Source: Amoebidium appalachense
Taxonomy: Eukaryota > Protista > Ichthyosporea
Length of the DNA stretch: 64,000 nt
Assembly (NCBI GenBank): GCA_963693365.1
Contig: CAVNZM010000010.1
Coordinates: forward strand, 434,001 to 498,000
Direction of reading: 5' to 3'
Below, in pieces: positions 13,068 through 37,591 of the stretch. How positions within the stretch are numbered: the first letter of the stretch is position 1; each line of letters opens with the position of its first letter. The translations under genes and the position numbers were made by a program. The notes under the pieces were generated by a model. It was not told the DNA's origin, searched no databases, and worked only from the letters and a program-made list of their open reading frames with translations.

Positions 13068-14402
13068 ATGAACACAGAGGGATCGTCCTCGCCGAAGCAC
13101 ATTGATCCCCATCTGCACAACAATCCCAATCGAGCTTCACCGGTAAGCCAAAACGCCAGCCCTCTTCGGCATCCCTACTCGAATTCCTCTTCCCCTGGCC
13201 AGAGCCCAACGAACCCTATTACTGGTACACCGATACGCACTTACTACTACTCTAACAAACAATTCAAGGGAAGCCCAAAAAGAAGCCCTTCATCTCCCTC
13301 ACACGCATGTTCCATAACACCGTGCTCGTGGCAGAAGGAGGCGGAGTCACTTCGGAGAGATAATGCGTTTCTGAAAGGAGAAATCACGAGGCTAAACGCA
13401 CAAAGCCAGGCAGTTTCTCCCACGACTACCATTCTCTCATCCAAGGTAGATGATACAGGAGCCACAACCATGACGAGCGTTGGGGCTTGTGGTTTAACGA
13501 CTGCCATCGCCCCCAATCTGCCTCCTTCAACAACAAACGATCTACCTCTGCCGGCCACAATCTTGTGTGAACAAAAAAATTCTCAAGAACAGTCCAGGAA
13601 TACCACTGCTGTTCCGGACAACAAAACCACGGTTTACCCTGAAGCTACTACAAGGGTGGAGTGCCGAAAACATTTGAGTGATGATGTACCCGAACACACG
13701 GACACCAATTGTTCTCGATCTCCCGAAGAGTCCAGCTACCCAAACGGAAACATGGAAATGGCAAAGGAAACGCCCAATCATGCTGAAAACATGGGATGTG
13801 AGAAGCCTTCTGGTTCAGAGGATGCAACACAGAGACCAGTACCACTCTTGTCTGTGAGATGTCATTTCAGGCGCGAGTGTCGCAATGCATGGGTAACACA
13901 AATACGCAGTGCAAGGAAGGAGGTCTGTGCGGCCGTTTACACTTTGGATGATGCTTTAGTTCTCAAAGAACTCTCAGATGCAGCTAACATGCGAAACGTG
14001 CATGTCAGAATCGTGGCCGATGTACAACAGTTCTCCAAGGCGATTCAGAAAAAGGTGCTTCTGAAGAATTTAGTGCAAGATGCGCATGTTAACTTCCGGA
14101 CATTGAGCGGGTTGGGGGTTAAGTATCCGGATGGGAAGACATTCCCAGGCGACCAGCACAACAAGTTTCTATTGGTGGATTGTCACACCTTGGTTACGGG
14201 ATCTTTTAACCCCACGTATCACTCTGTTAACGGAAACTATGAGAATGTGCTTACCATATCCAGACAAGATGCTTGTGAACAAGAGAGGAGGAGTACAAAT
14301 AGGGATGGGGATAGAGATGGGGATGTGTTTGGGGCAGTGATGAGGAGGTATGCGACAGAGTTTGAGGAGTTGTGGCATGCAGCTGCGCCTGCTGCGTGTT
14401 AG
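13068..14402 (+). CDS. PLD-superfamily single-HKD nuclease/phospholipase (Zucchini/PLD6/Nuc-like), intronless, 444 aa
   Basis: Exact HxK(x)4D(x)6GSxN motif (HNKFLLVDCHTLVTGSFN). Upstream IRSARKEVCAAVYTL and VRIVAD, and downstream NYEN and FEELW, are typical of PLDc_2 domains. The N-terminus is S/P/T-rich with a short coiled coil. Confidence 0.88.
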   Translation: MNTEGSSSPKHIDPHLHNNPNRASPVSQNASPLRHPYSNSSSPGQSPTNPITGTPIRTYYYSNKQFKGSPKRSPSSPSHACSITPCSWQKEAESLRRDNAFLKGEITRLNAQSQAVSPTTTILSSKVDDTGATTMTSVGACGLTTAIAPNLPPSTTNDLPLPATILCEQKNSQEQSRNTTAVPDNKTTVYPEATTRVECRKHLSDDVPEHTDTNCSRSPEESSYPNGNMEMAKETPNHAENMGCEKPSGSEDATQRPVPLLSVRCHFRRECRNAWVTQIRSARKEVCAAVYTLDDALVLKELSDAANMRNVHVRIVADVQQFSKAIQKKVLLKNLVQDAHVNFRTLSGLGVKYPDGKTFPGDQHNKFLLVDCHTLVTGSFNPTYHSVNGNYENVLTISRQDACEQERRSTNRDGDRDGDVFGAVMRRYATEFEELWHAAAPAAC

Positions 14403-14562
14403 TGGGTTTAAGGTGACTCAAGGGGGCCTGGGGAATTTCACACGAAAGTTTTCCCCTTAAGGATGCTTAGCCTAGTTTTCACCCAGAGTGTTTGTGCCTT
14501 TTTTTCTTTTTCTTTTTCTTTTTCTTTTTTTTTTTTTTTTTTGGTGGTGGGGGCAGGGGAAA

Positions 14563-14596
<34 letters not shown>

Positions 14597-14795
14597 CTTG
14601 GTTTTTTATCTCTTTTTTGGCGACGGGGATGTAGGGGGAAGAGAGGGCCGGCGGAGGGGGGAGGGGGGGTCTATGTGTTACAGTAGCTGGTGCATGTGAC
14701 TTTTTAAAATGACAGGCGGTGTACTTTCCGAAAGTCTGTCTGTAACGAATAAAGGTTGTAATCTTTGGCCTTGAGCCATCAACCACCGCATGTGC

Positions 14796-14833
<38 letters not shown>

Positions 14834-15136
14834 CCCCTCCCCCCCCTCTCCCCAACCACACACACACACACACACAAACACACGGAAAAGCCACTTACGA
14901 GAGATAACAGAAGCAAAACCCATTCTTTTGTGGAGGTGGAGAAACTGCTTGTTTTGTTTCAAGGTTTGATTTCGGGTTAAATTTTTATTGTTGTGTCGTT
15001 ATGCGTCAGAGTCTTTTGGTGTGTCTCCTCCATATTCCCAACCCTTTGCAATGGATCCCCCCTCCCCCCTCCCCCCCCCCCTTTCCCCCGTCTCAGTGTA
15101 GACTTAGCATAGGGACCTCGTCATGATGGGCTGTGG

Positions 15137-15266
<130 letters not shown>

Positions 15267-15335
15267 CCCTCCTCCTCCTCCTCCTCCTCCTCCTCCTCCT
15301 CCTCCTCCTCCTCCTCCTCCTCCTGCTCCTCCTCT

Positions 15336-15370
<35 letters not shown>

Positions 15371-16259
15371 CCCCTTTCTTTTTTCCCGTTGATTCAATTC
15401 GAAGGCTGGCAAGTTTGGTTTTTATGCCATTATTCCACATCCAGTTCCAACCGTTCTACATAAATCCCCCCCAGCCCCCCCCCCCCCCCCTTCCCCCCCC
15501 CCCCTTCCCTCCCCCTCTCCCCTCCTTCCCTCCCCTTCCAACCCCCCTCCCCCCCTCCCCCTCCCCCCCCCCCCCACACACACACCAAACACTGTCACAC
15601 ACGTGCATGCGTGCCCACACACACACGCACCACACAGCATTCGCTCCCCTCCATCCCCCCACCCTTCACCCCCCGACGGATTCTCCAGCTTGATACATAT
15701 GGTTTTTTCAAACGGCCCTAGTATCAATGTTGGGGGCCGTAACCGTTCCTCCCCCTCCCCCTCCCCTCCCCCCCCCCCCCCCCCCCCCCCCCCCTCCCCC
15801 CCCCTCGCCCCTGGCTCGGGGCCCGGGCACACACACGCACCCAAGCCCACATACACACGCACACGAGCACACCCACACACACATACAAACGCACACACCA
15901 AACATGTCACACCTCATCCTTGCCCCTTCTTACGCAAGCAACCAACCCCCATTCGGGCGCAAAGCCCCCCAAAAAAGCGCTCAACACTCCCACAAGTTAC
16001 TTCCAGTTGATATCCCTCCCCTTCCCCCCCCCCTCCCCCCCCCCCCCCCCCCTACCCCACATCCCCCACCACCACCACCACCACCCACCCACCCATGGGC
16101 ACCGTACACCAACAAAGGGCTTGCAAAACCCCAGCCCGTCCCCTTTGAATTCTTGTAAACTACTAATGAATACTAAAGCCAGATACATAATACCTACCTC
16201 GAGTTATACAGTCAACCCCCCCCCCCCCCCCCCCTTCCCCCCCCTACAATTGCAGATAT

Positions 16260-16404
16260 TTGAAAATATCCGTGTTACTGCGGCATCTCTAAAGTGAACT
16301 GGCATGCAACGCGAACTTATACATGCAAGGCGCATTTGCATGTATAAGTTCGTGTTGCATGCCAGTTCACTTTAGAGATGCCGCAGTAACACGGATATTT
16401 TCAA
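16260..16404. repeat. Near-perfect inverted repeat (69-bp arms, 7-nt loop); foldback or MITE-like
   Basis: TTGAAAATATCCGTG...ACATGCAA, loop GGCGCAT, then TTGCATGT...CACGGATATTTTCAA. One G-T mismatch. Confidence 0.9.
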
Positions 16405-16700
16405 CTGCACTCGTCTTCTTCAAATTATGCGCTGAGTGCTGTGCGTTACCTGACTCTGTCTCGCTCTTCAAGCCCCACCAACCCCTCCCGCTCGAACTCC
16501 CCTCCCTTTCCACCCTCGGCGTCTGTTCCCCCGCTCCCTCCCCCCCCCCTCCCCCCCCCCCCCCCCCCCAACACACACACACACATAAACAAAGAGAGAA
16601 CGAAGGGGGGAGGGGGAAAAGGGAGGGGGCGGGATGCCGGATGGGGTGGGGGGGATTAAAGGGATGGGAGGAGGGGGGGCTAGAGAGGCAGGAGCTAGGG

Positions 16701-16780
<80 letters not shown>

Positions 16781-16802
16781 CAGAGAGAGAGAGAGAGAGA
16801 CA

Positions 16803-16880
<78 letters not shown>

Positions 16881-16960
16881 TCGGAGAGAGAGAAGCTAGA
16901 CAGAGAGAGAGACAAGGAGGGGGGGGGGGGGAGAGGGGGAGCGGGGAGAGAGAGAGAGAG

Positions 16961-17035
<75 letters not shown>

Positions 17036-17472
17036 AGTGTGTGTGTATGTGTGTGTGTGTGTGAGGAGCCTCGGAAAGCCGAAAGGGGGAGAGAAAAAGA
17101 GATGCATTACTGAAAATTCGGAGAAAATAGAAGACTTCGTCAGGCTAGCCTGAAGGTATCGGATAAGATTTTTCAACTTAGTAAGCGCCACACCGTTTTG
17201 AAAGCCATCATGTGCACACAACTTGGCCCGGGTGACCATGCCTAGGCCTAGGCCGATATTCTTGAGCCATATTCAATGCATACAGCTATAGCTATGGGCT
17301 AGTACGCTTGAGTGAATTGCAATATTCCTACTTTTTTATTGTTGTTTTTTTTTATATTAGAGGGATCGGGTGGCCATTGGCATGATGTGTTTCATTACAT
17401 ATTGCACTGAGGCCTAGCTTCGGAACGGCCTTGCCCTGTATATGCACTACAACTGCAGTGTAGGTGTTAGGC

Positions 17473-17524
<52 letters not shown>

Positions 17525-18330
17525 CCCCCCCGCGCCCCCGCTGCCCCCTCTCCATTCTCTTCCTCCCTCTACAAAGGAGAGGTCTCCCCGGACGTACACA
17601 CCCCACTGAATTCCACCCTACACAATCACACAGACACACGGGTACAGGAGTAGATGGTTTAATGATGCAGCACCGGTGCAAACCTAATTAGGTATTCTTA
17701 CACCGAGGAATGATACACACTATCAGCCTATTGTACAACTGTCGCACTGTGTACTGGCACAAAACCCGCAAATTTAGTTAGCATAGTGTACTGCATACCC
17801 CTACAGTAGGCGTTTGGTATCAGCATATGTGCAATCCCCGTGCGTATGCATGCACCTTCTTGCCCTTCGCCATCCATTGTGATGTTGCAAGCAGTCAGAA
17901 AACAAAAGTTTTCATTGTCTTATGCAGCACCGCTGCCTCAGCACCAAAAGGCAGCGGTGCTGAATATGACCTTGATAAAAAGGTTCAAATCGAAAGAGAA
18001 AACAGAAGCCCCCCCCGCCCCCGGAAATGGAAAACAGTAAGTCAGCCCCCTCCCCCCCTCGAACTAGAAAACAGAAAGGTCCCCCCATCCTCCCCCCCCC
18101 CCACACACACAAACCCACCAATCATCCGATGCCATGACCGTAATGAAGTCCCTAATAGCCCCGCTAACTGCCCCCAGTTCTCTACTACCCATTCTCGCGG
18201 CTCGCACCGCCCCCTCGCATGTGCCGAACTCTTCTATTAGCCTAGACACTGACCCATTACCATTTTCTCATTGTCTGGACGATGGTGATGCTGGGGGAGA
18301 GGGTGGGGTGTGTGTGGGGGGAGGATGTGC

Positions 18331-18595
18331 AAAAAAGTACGCATAAACAACGGACAACGCGATGCTGCAGAGTGTAAAGAGTATGTATAATAAGCAGAAG
18401 GCATCCTCAGGGGGAGGCCCACGTCATCCACAGTATCTGAGTTTGGACCCGTTCATCTCGGCAACGAAACCCAACTCAGATACTGTTTCGGGAAGGGGGG
18501 AGGGGAAAGGGGGGGGGGGGGGTTTGAATGTGTCAAAAGGTACGACGTACACAAGAACAAACGGATAACACGATGCAGAATGCAAGCCATACATA
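18331..18595 (-). mobile_element. Two tandem 3'-end fragments of the family A Penelope-like element
   Basis: 18523-18595 matches the family A tail. 18331-18489 carries a diverged motif with perfect stem ACAGTATCTGAGTT/AACTCAGATACTGT and CTGAGGA, but GAAA is changed to CAAA. Confidence 0.8.
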
Positions 18596-19109
18596 GGGGG
18601 GAAGGCTTTGAGCTTGAGTTGCAAATCCCCTCTCTGACTGGATATGCGCACACACATTGCAACTACATAATAAACTTGCATATTTAAGATGATCGAGAGT
18701 CCGAGACAGCACTTCATAGTGTACAATATTCATGACTGTATAATCAGAATCGTTTTAACATTTGTGCTCTGCGCTCAACTCAGAGAATGAATCGGTTGAG
18801 ATACTATCTCGAGCTCAACAGAGTCTCAGAATGAATCGGTCGAGATACTATCTCGATAATGCTGCAAAATACTTAGCTATAATCAAGCATGTTTAGTCAC
18901 CAGTAGGTGCTGTGTGTAGTACATTCGCGGCCAGCGTTTGCCACCGTTCATAAATCACATTTTCGACAAGACTTTTTTCTACGGATGAAGCCTAAAGGTC
19001 GCGTGTTGTATATACAGATTGCATTTCCCCATACGCCTGAAACCAACCAATGTTTCTACGGAGGACTTTCCGTAGTTGGTCTCCTCTAATCCCCTTATGT
19101 ATCTGGGGT

Positions 19110-19877
19110 TTATACGAACACAAGCACCGGTTTTTGGTTGCTCTCACTGACCTTGGACCCCCCCTCCACAATTTTCTGGGACTCAAGACCAAGAATTGCA
19201 CCTGCACTATCCATCACCACGACTTCTTTCTCTTCATCCTCCGCATCATCGGTGTAAAACTCAATATCGACGTCTCCGCTTGACTGGGGCTCGCATGTGC
19301 ATGAGAGCGAGCACCTCAGCCAGATGCACAGGAACATGGCGGTGGTGATGGCGAGAAGTGCAAGGGTAATCATCTGAACAAGGATTGTGCGGAAAGTGAC
19401 CGTAACCTCGATAACTCGAATATTTCTCTTCACCACTGTGCCTGGTGCCCTCTGTGCATCCTGTGCGGGCGTCACTTTCTGCAGACTCATAAGTGCCCGG
19501 GCGATTTCAGCCTCGTGTTGACTGTCGGATCCCAAATGTGCCTTGGAGGTGTGATTCGATGAAGGCAAGGGGTAGCCAGTATTGAGGGAAAGCCATGCGG
19601 CTGCCTGTTTCATAAGCGTGGAAAACACTGGATAGATGGTCTGTGAAGTGGAAACAATAACGAACGTTCGCCGCCTCTTCCCCGTGGATGTTGAGAGGGT
19701 GTTGGAGTTGACGGACACGTGTGGCTGTATGTGTAGGGTGGAGGTAAGAGGGAGGGACAGATGTGTGTCTCGTGTGATTGATGTACCCGGTGCGTGCGCG
19801 TAGGAAACGAGAACTGGGACAGCGTTAGTGCTCTGTCCGGCCAACATGGCACTCGCAAACACCAACAGGCTCTTCAT
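19110..19877 (-). CDS. Putative type I membrane protein, intronless, ~255 aa, unknown function
   Basis: Non-repetitive ORF with signal-peptide-like MKSLLVFASAMLAGQSTNA, a hydrophobic segment (ILVQMITLALLAITTAMFLCIWL) and an acidic tail. Confidence 0.6.
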   Translation of the reverse strand: MKSLLVFASAMLAGQSTNAVPVLVSYAHAPGTSITRDTHLSLPLTSTLHIQPHVSVNSNTLSTSTGKRRRTFVIVSTSQTIYPVFSTLMKQAAAWLSLNTGYPLPSSNHTSKAHLGSDSQHEAEIARALMSLQKVTPAQDAQRAPGTVVKRNIRVIEVTVTFRTILVQMITLALLAITTAMFLCIWLRCSLSCTCEPQSSGDVDIEFYTDDAEDEEKEVVVMDSAGAILGLESQKIVEGGSKVSESNQKPVLVFV

Positions 19878-20594
19878 TGTGACTTTGAAAGGAAAAACGT
19901 AAAAGAGGGCTGTTGGTTTTTTGTAGATGGTGAAATGTTTGCGTTTGGTCACCGCCTGAACTTATATACATTCGCTGATAGTTTGAGCTTTGCGTGATTT
20001 GCAACTAATCAAACGGCTTCCTTGCACAACCGTGGCGTCGCACCTTTCGCTGTTTGGCAGCCGCAAAAGGTTTTGAATTCTTCTATTACTAAGAAGCCAT
20101 TAAGTAAATGGTTCATAAGCATAACTAATATGATTTTATCTCAAATATCTTCATTTTCTTGCCTGTCTATATCATTTTCTTTGGTTTGAGGAAAGGTGAA
20201 CTCTACTTTGGAAGCGGCCGAATGTGGTTATTGTGGGATGATTAAGCCAATCGGAAACGCGATATTGTCGTGTAGCATTGTGTTCTGATTGGATAACAGC
20301 GTAAACACAAGTAGTGCAAATTTGAAAATAGTGATGGTTTGGGAATTCGGATGCGGCTCCCAGGTGAAGGTAGGTTTACGTTATAGCTTTTTTTGAGTCC
20401 CTACTGTAGTCAAAATGATATTTTGGGTACTCTGCGCGACTCACATCAAGGAGTACAATATTGCTAGCATCGCGTGTTGAAAACACCCTAGATCGCTCTG
20501 ATCCCCAAGTTGCGGCAAGGGTCTCCCAAGATGAAAGCGGTAATTTAAAATTTCATTTGTTCCGGATGCCCTTCCACCCGCGCTTCTTAAGGCA

Positions 20595-20860
20595 TTGTGC
20601 CCTCCGCCCGTTATTACCAAAGGTGGGAATACGCCTCCTCCACCCCCCTTTGCTTATTTGGTGAGCGAGTTTTTCTCTGCCTCCTATGAGTTTGGATTCA
20701 TTCCTTCGTCGTGGAATGACACCATTATAAATCCCGTCCGCAAGAAGGTCTCTACTTGTCCGATTTCTTCCTTCCGGCCAGTCACCTTAACTAACATATT
20801 TCGTCGCCTATTCAAGTCCTGCATATTGCGTGCCTTCCACAAACATGAGACCTTATCGAG
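20595..20860 (+). mobile_element. Non-LTR retrotransposon (LINE) RT fragment
   Basis: IPSSWNDTIINPVRKK..ISSFRPVTLTNIFRRLF matches the conserved start of LINE RT domains. It is truncated at a dispersed repeat. Confidence 0.8.
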
Positions 20861-21040
20861 TTGAACCACGGTATGTTTAATGAGTTTTCTAGGGTGTATG
20901 ATTATTTAAGTCGTTATCTCCTTCGTATCCGAGAGTGAGGGCTTTTTTTTGTATTTTCTTCTCCGAGATATCGGTGATATCTCGATGGTTTCTATTTTGC
21001 TGCGCATATCAATAAAGTCATTGTAAAAAATATAAAAAAT
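20861..21040 (+). repeat. Dispersed repeat, internally deleted relative of 42791-43212
   Basis: 20861-20898 is the reverse complement of 43175-43211, and 20908-21030 is the reverse complement of ~42800-42922. Confidence 0.8.
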
Positions 21041-21284
21041 TCATTCGACTCTGATTCTGTTGTGTGCTTTGCTGTGATTATACGGTATACTTTAGAATCT
21101 ACCACGGTAGTTGTTACAGAACTTTTCTACGGATCCGGATTTATCTTTTTGCTAGATTGTAGAAGGCTGAGTACACCTTGCACTAATAACTGCATGAATA
21201 TGAAGGTGCTCGTCGCACGACGCGCACGATGTTTTTTTTGGGTCTAGAATTTCAATTTTTACGATTGTGTTTTGCCTCGAGTAA

Positions 21285-21403
21285 ACACTTGTCGCTTTAT
21301 TTTTATTTCGTAGCTTTTGGCTTTTTCAGTTCTATTGGTGATTATGTAGCCTGTGGCTGCACGTTGCCCTCATCAACGGATCAATAAACCCGAGTCAAAA
21401 GAA
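21285..21403 (+). repeat. Dispersed repeat; inverted copy at ~44764-44879
   Basis: CACTTGTCGCTTTATTTTT...CCGAGTCAAAAGAA is near-identical to the reverse complement of 44764-44879. Confidence 0.85.
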
Positions 21404-21426
21404 AAAAAAGAAAAAAGAGTAAACAG

Positions 21427-21643
21427 CTTAAACCCCATCGACACATCCGATCGCCGCGCTGCAGTGCCATGCAAGTGCCAATAGAAAATAAAACCCCATG
21501 ATAAATAGTGAATACCTGACCGACGTTGAGTTTTTGTAGAGGAAAGCATAAGATTTTAGACCCTCTCTGACTTTTTCAAGATGCATTTTTGTATGTTAAG
21601 CCTGAAATCGTGAGGGGGATCGGATGTGTCGATGGGGTTTAAG
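21427..21643. mobile_element. MITE with 26-bp perfect terminal inverted repeats including TTAA
   Basis: CTTAAACCCCATCGACACATCCGATC ... GATCGGATGTGTCGATGGGGTTTAAG; TTAA is a possible target-site duplication. Confidence 0.8.
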
Positions 21644-22323
21644 TATGAGAAGGTTTAGGGAGTTCGCAGCTAACCAATGGTAAAGACTCTAGGCACTTGA
21701 GCGTGGCAAAACGGCAAAGTGCAAAGTTCGCAAACAGCCAGCCGGCGCCTGTATCAAAACACTGCCAGTGCCTCGCCAGTCGCGACCGACTCCCGCGCAC
21801 GAGTGGAACGTTCGTTGCATGACGCGGCGACCATGATTATTGCGATATATGATGACACACAGCGCTGCTGACAGTTGAAGCCGCGTGTGCCCTGTATGTA
21901 AAATGCCCTTTGGTGCATATTTTGTCTGTATACACCTATTATTTGGTGACAAACTACAAGCTTGGGCAAAAAGCCACACAGAAGCCACTGAGCACTCGAG
22001 CCACGGTACATTTCCTGCTCATAACATGACATTGTACGAAGGAGAAAAGTCCAACATTGCTATCTCCTTGTCTGCACGAGGCCTACATCTGTATAGAAAA
22101 AAGCGGGTAAAAAAGGCCTTGGTCCTTGAAATCCGAATTTTGAAGGCCGATAATTCCGAAGGTATGGGGTAGATGGGACATATGAGACCCATCCTCTCCT
22201 GCATGGGGAGGGGGGTGGGGGGAGGGGGGTGGGGAGGGACGGACTCGGTCCCACGGTTTCCCGGTACACGACGGGGGTCGTGGGGAAGACTAGGCTGTAT
22301 GTGTATGTGTGTGTCGAGGGGAA

Positions 22324-22358
<35 letters not shown>

Positions 22359-24620
22359 GGCCGAGACCGCAAAATGCGGATGGGAAGAGTGGGGGAACCA
22401 CCTGCTTGGGCGAGTGGTGGGACAGCGCCTCGCATTCGTGTGTGTGTGCGTGCGTGTGTGAGTGTAGGTCCGCCTGCCCCCAGCATTCTTGGATATGCAC
22501 GAACATCGTTGTGGTTTCGTATTGATGTATGTAAGAATACACGGAATTGCACGATGGTGACGTGACCGTGTGTGTGTGTGCTCTTGCGCTCGTGTTTGTG
22601 TGTGTACACTTCGCGCCTATCTGCCTCACAGCCTGCCAAATTGGTGTGCGCACACGTGTATGTCGTTGCTTGTGTGTAAGCGGTAGTGGATACATGAACG
22701 TGCACCTGGGTTGGCCAAGAGGGGGGGGGAGGGGGGAGAGTAAGGGAGAACAAAAGGGTAGAGGCTCGAGGCAGACAGGGGAGTGGGGAGGGTCGATGTG
22801 TAGCCTGTGTGACTGCCCCTCACACTTTGACCCTCCCCTCCGCCCCTTCCCCCCCCAACCCTCCTCTACCCCCCGCCCCCCCCCAAGAGGCTCTGTCATT
22901 CAGGTTTCTCACACGAGCTAATATGTATATATATCATGAAAACAACTGAGGATGTTGAAGCAAGTCCCACGGGAATTTTCACTCTCACAGAGAAAACGCT
23001 CAAGACCTACATACCAGTGCCTTTCTCTCACTCGCGTCTCTCGCCCTGCCCCCATCCTCCCTCTCGGACACGATCTGGCGGACACACTGCTTGAAAACAT
23101 TTGGTTCAACAACGCACACACACGCACATATACATAGACACGCACAGACACGGACACACACACACAAACACAGACACACACACAAGCACCCACCCACCCA
23201 TACGCACACGGTCAGTGTCCCACAAAACCAACACACACAAATACGTTGCCTTTATCTATGAATAAATTATCGGAACGACAGGAAGAGGGTGGGGGTTGGT
23301 GAAAGAGATCCTGAGCGGCATGCACAGGAGGGATGGGGTGGGCTCGCATCGAGGGAGGGGAGGGGTGTTACCAGGGAGGACTTGGATATTTTCTGCTCCT
23401 CTCACCCCTAAAGAACCTAAGAATCCGTAGCAGAAAATTCTCCATCCCACTTAACACCCGACGCTCCAAGAGCCTGAGACAGCGCATACACATGAAATTG
23501 GTCTGCATAACTGCAGCTGTTATAGTAAACAGGTGGCCAGCTAGCGTTGTGACTGGCTAGTTCAACGCCAAGAGAACAAAAACACCGGTGAAGTAGCACG
23601 CTGGACAAGGGGTATGCTAAAGAACTTCGAAAAGGTTTAATGCGTGCATTCGTGCATGTGCTTTCAAAGTGATGTATTGATGGGGAAGAATGCGCTTTCT
23701 TTGTGACGGACTTCTGGGCTTAGACCCCAGCCACGGAGAAAGAATTTACGCCTGCAAAATTCTCCAACGTAGCATTGTCAGACAAAGCCGGTACAAACGG
23801 TATACATGGTAAGTAACATGAAGGTGGCGTATATAACCCATTACGCGTAACATTTACAACACACCTCATACGACACACCAGTCAGTACTACAACCTCTAG
23901 TGTTACCACACCGTTTTTCATGCTCATGATCAGCAGTGCAGCATTCCACGGCACTTCCCAAGGAAAGACCCCCACGCAGTCTTGTGACATTTAGGACATA
24001 TTGTGATAGACAAAAATTTCACACCGAAAACGTGTACATGTAGTTTGGCAAGGCTTTACTTCCAGGAGTGTAGAACTTTTTATTTTTAATATTTTGATGA
24101 TAATTGATAAAAATACTAGACTTTATGTTATATACCTACACACTCAATTTTTTCATAGAAGTAGAAAAGAATATTTATGCTTTTTATGGGCTCTTGTAGG
24201 TTTTTTTCATGATCACGATCAGACCAAGCAATAAATACCTTTTTTCTTTTGACTGGATTTATTCAATAAATACCCCTTTTTCACGTAGATATACTTTGTT
24301 GATATTTCACAAACACCCCTCCACAAAGCACTGGCCAAGGCTTCATAACTTCGCTTTAGGGCAAATTCCTTCCCACACCCGGGTGTTCTCAGCTGGCGCC
24401 TCATTTCTGCATTTCTGCATCTATCATCCTCTACCTACCCCACCACCTAACTTTAACCGCCTGTTAATACATATATGTTTGTTATATATACCTTCTGCTC
24501 TTGTTGTTTCGATACCCTTTTTCTTTTTCTTGTTGTGATCATTTCGTGTGTGTGAAGGCTAGGTGGTGGTGTTTTTTGGGAGGTGGTAGTTACTCTGCTT
24601 GTTTCTGAAAAAAGTCAATA

Positions 24621-35822
<11,202 letters not shown>

Positions 35823-35828
35823 AAGCAC

Positions 35829-35911
<83 letters not shown>

Positions 35912-36386
35912 TGGTGGTGGTGGGATCCCCGGGCGGGGAGGGGGGTTCCAGATGCATATTGTCGGATGTGTGCTGCAAGCGTATGGGGTGTGGGGATGTG
36001 TTTGGACGCGTGTGTGTAATCCTTTTGGGCCTTTGATGAAATCTACCTTTCAAATACACGTGTTTCGTGAAATTGTTAGAGCCGAGTTGTGGACAGGGCA
36101 AGCAAATTCACAAAAATGTGCGCTTGTATGTCAAAACAAAAAAACACGAACACACGAACTACCACTTGAGGGATGTGGACTTGACTTTTGTTTTCAGGTA
36201 ACTTTGTTCTTCGAGTTGTTATTTCAATGTCTTCTTCGCTTTTTTCTTCTCTTTGTTTTTTTTCGATCCCCGTTTTCTCTGAAACTTTCGGCTGTTATTT
36301 ATGCGTTGACCCACCTGTTACCGGACTATATGCTGATTTTCTCTGTTTGTATGTGTGGGGCAAGAATTGAATTCAGACCCCGGGAG

Positions 36387-36429
<43 letters not shown>

Positions 36430-37528
36430 GGGGGGGGGAGGGGGTTAAGTAAGTGGTCAGTTGAAATGCATTCACGGACACAACTTTTAGAAAAAACACG
36501 CAATCAAGGTTTTGGTTGTTTGAATCGGGTTTTTATCTTTTTTTTTTCGTCATTAAATATTGCGGCTTTTCGGCCAGGATATTTGTTTTAACATTTATCT
36601 TGTGATTGATAATAACGATGAAGATAACAAAACAAATGGATATATTGGGATTCTGAAACTTACTTTCGATGTAAACTGTTTGATGTATTTACTAACAACT
36701 GAGATTATTGTTGATTTGTGTCGCATCCGGTTGTCCTTTTTCTGTTGTTTTGATTTTGTATCGATCTATCATTTTCGGGTTTTAATATTTGGCCCTTTTC
36801 ATTTATTCGTGTGTATCTTTCGGTTTCTTCCCGTCGCAACTTCCTGTAATGAATTGTCCTGCTAAAATTAAATATGTGCCCTTTTTGTCATCCCCTCCCC
36901 CCTCGTCCCTCCAACCCCCCCTCTCTCTCCCCCCGGCGCGTGCCACGCAACTGTCCCTCCTCCCCCCCCCTCCCCCTCCCCCCCCCCTCCCTCCCCCTCC
37001 CCCTTCCGAGGGCCCACAGGCAAAAAGCACGTGCGCATGCATGCACCCTGCAACACATGTACACGCTGTGCATATCCCCCCCTCCCCTCCCTCACCACCA
37101 CCACCACGCACACACACACTGAAACGTCGACACGTGCACACACACATACCACAGACACGGGCACGGTACATACACACACCCAGTACAATCAGTACAAGTA
37201 TCCGGGCATGAAATCTCCTGGGGCACCACCCAAGTACCGCTTCCCATATGCCACGGCGGCCATCGATATCGATCATATGCCCACAATGTTGCACAATGGA
37301 TCCCTGCAATTCATCAGCGGTACCGATGCCACGTGCACCCCACCTAGGCCTCAGGCTCCCCTCCCCGGGCCCCACCCCAGAAACCCTTCCCCAAACGCCC
37401 CAGGGCCTCCCCCACCTTTCCCCCGTCATCTTGCACCTCCCCCGAACACTCCCACATGTGTCCAACGGCACCACTAGCCGGGATGGTAGTATTACGGGTA
37501 GTACTGCCACACAACTATGCATACCATC

Positions 37529-37591
<63 letters not shown>

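Noticed and set aside
21885-23137. Possible two-exon gene on the plus strand
   Set aside because: There is a donor-like GTATGG at 22162, but no clear start, in-phase acceptor or domain.
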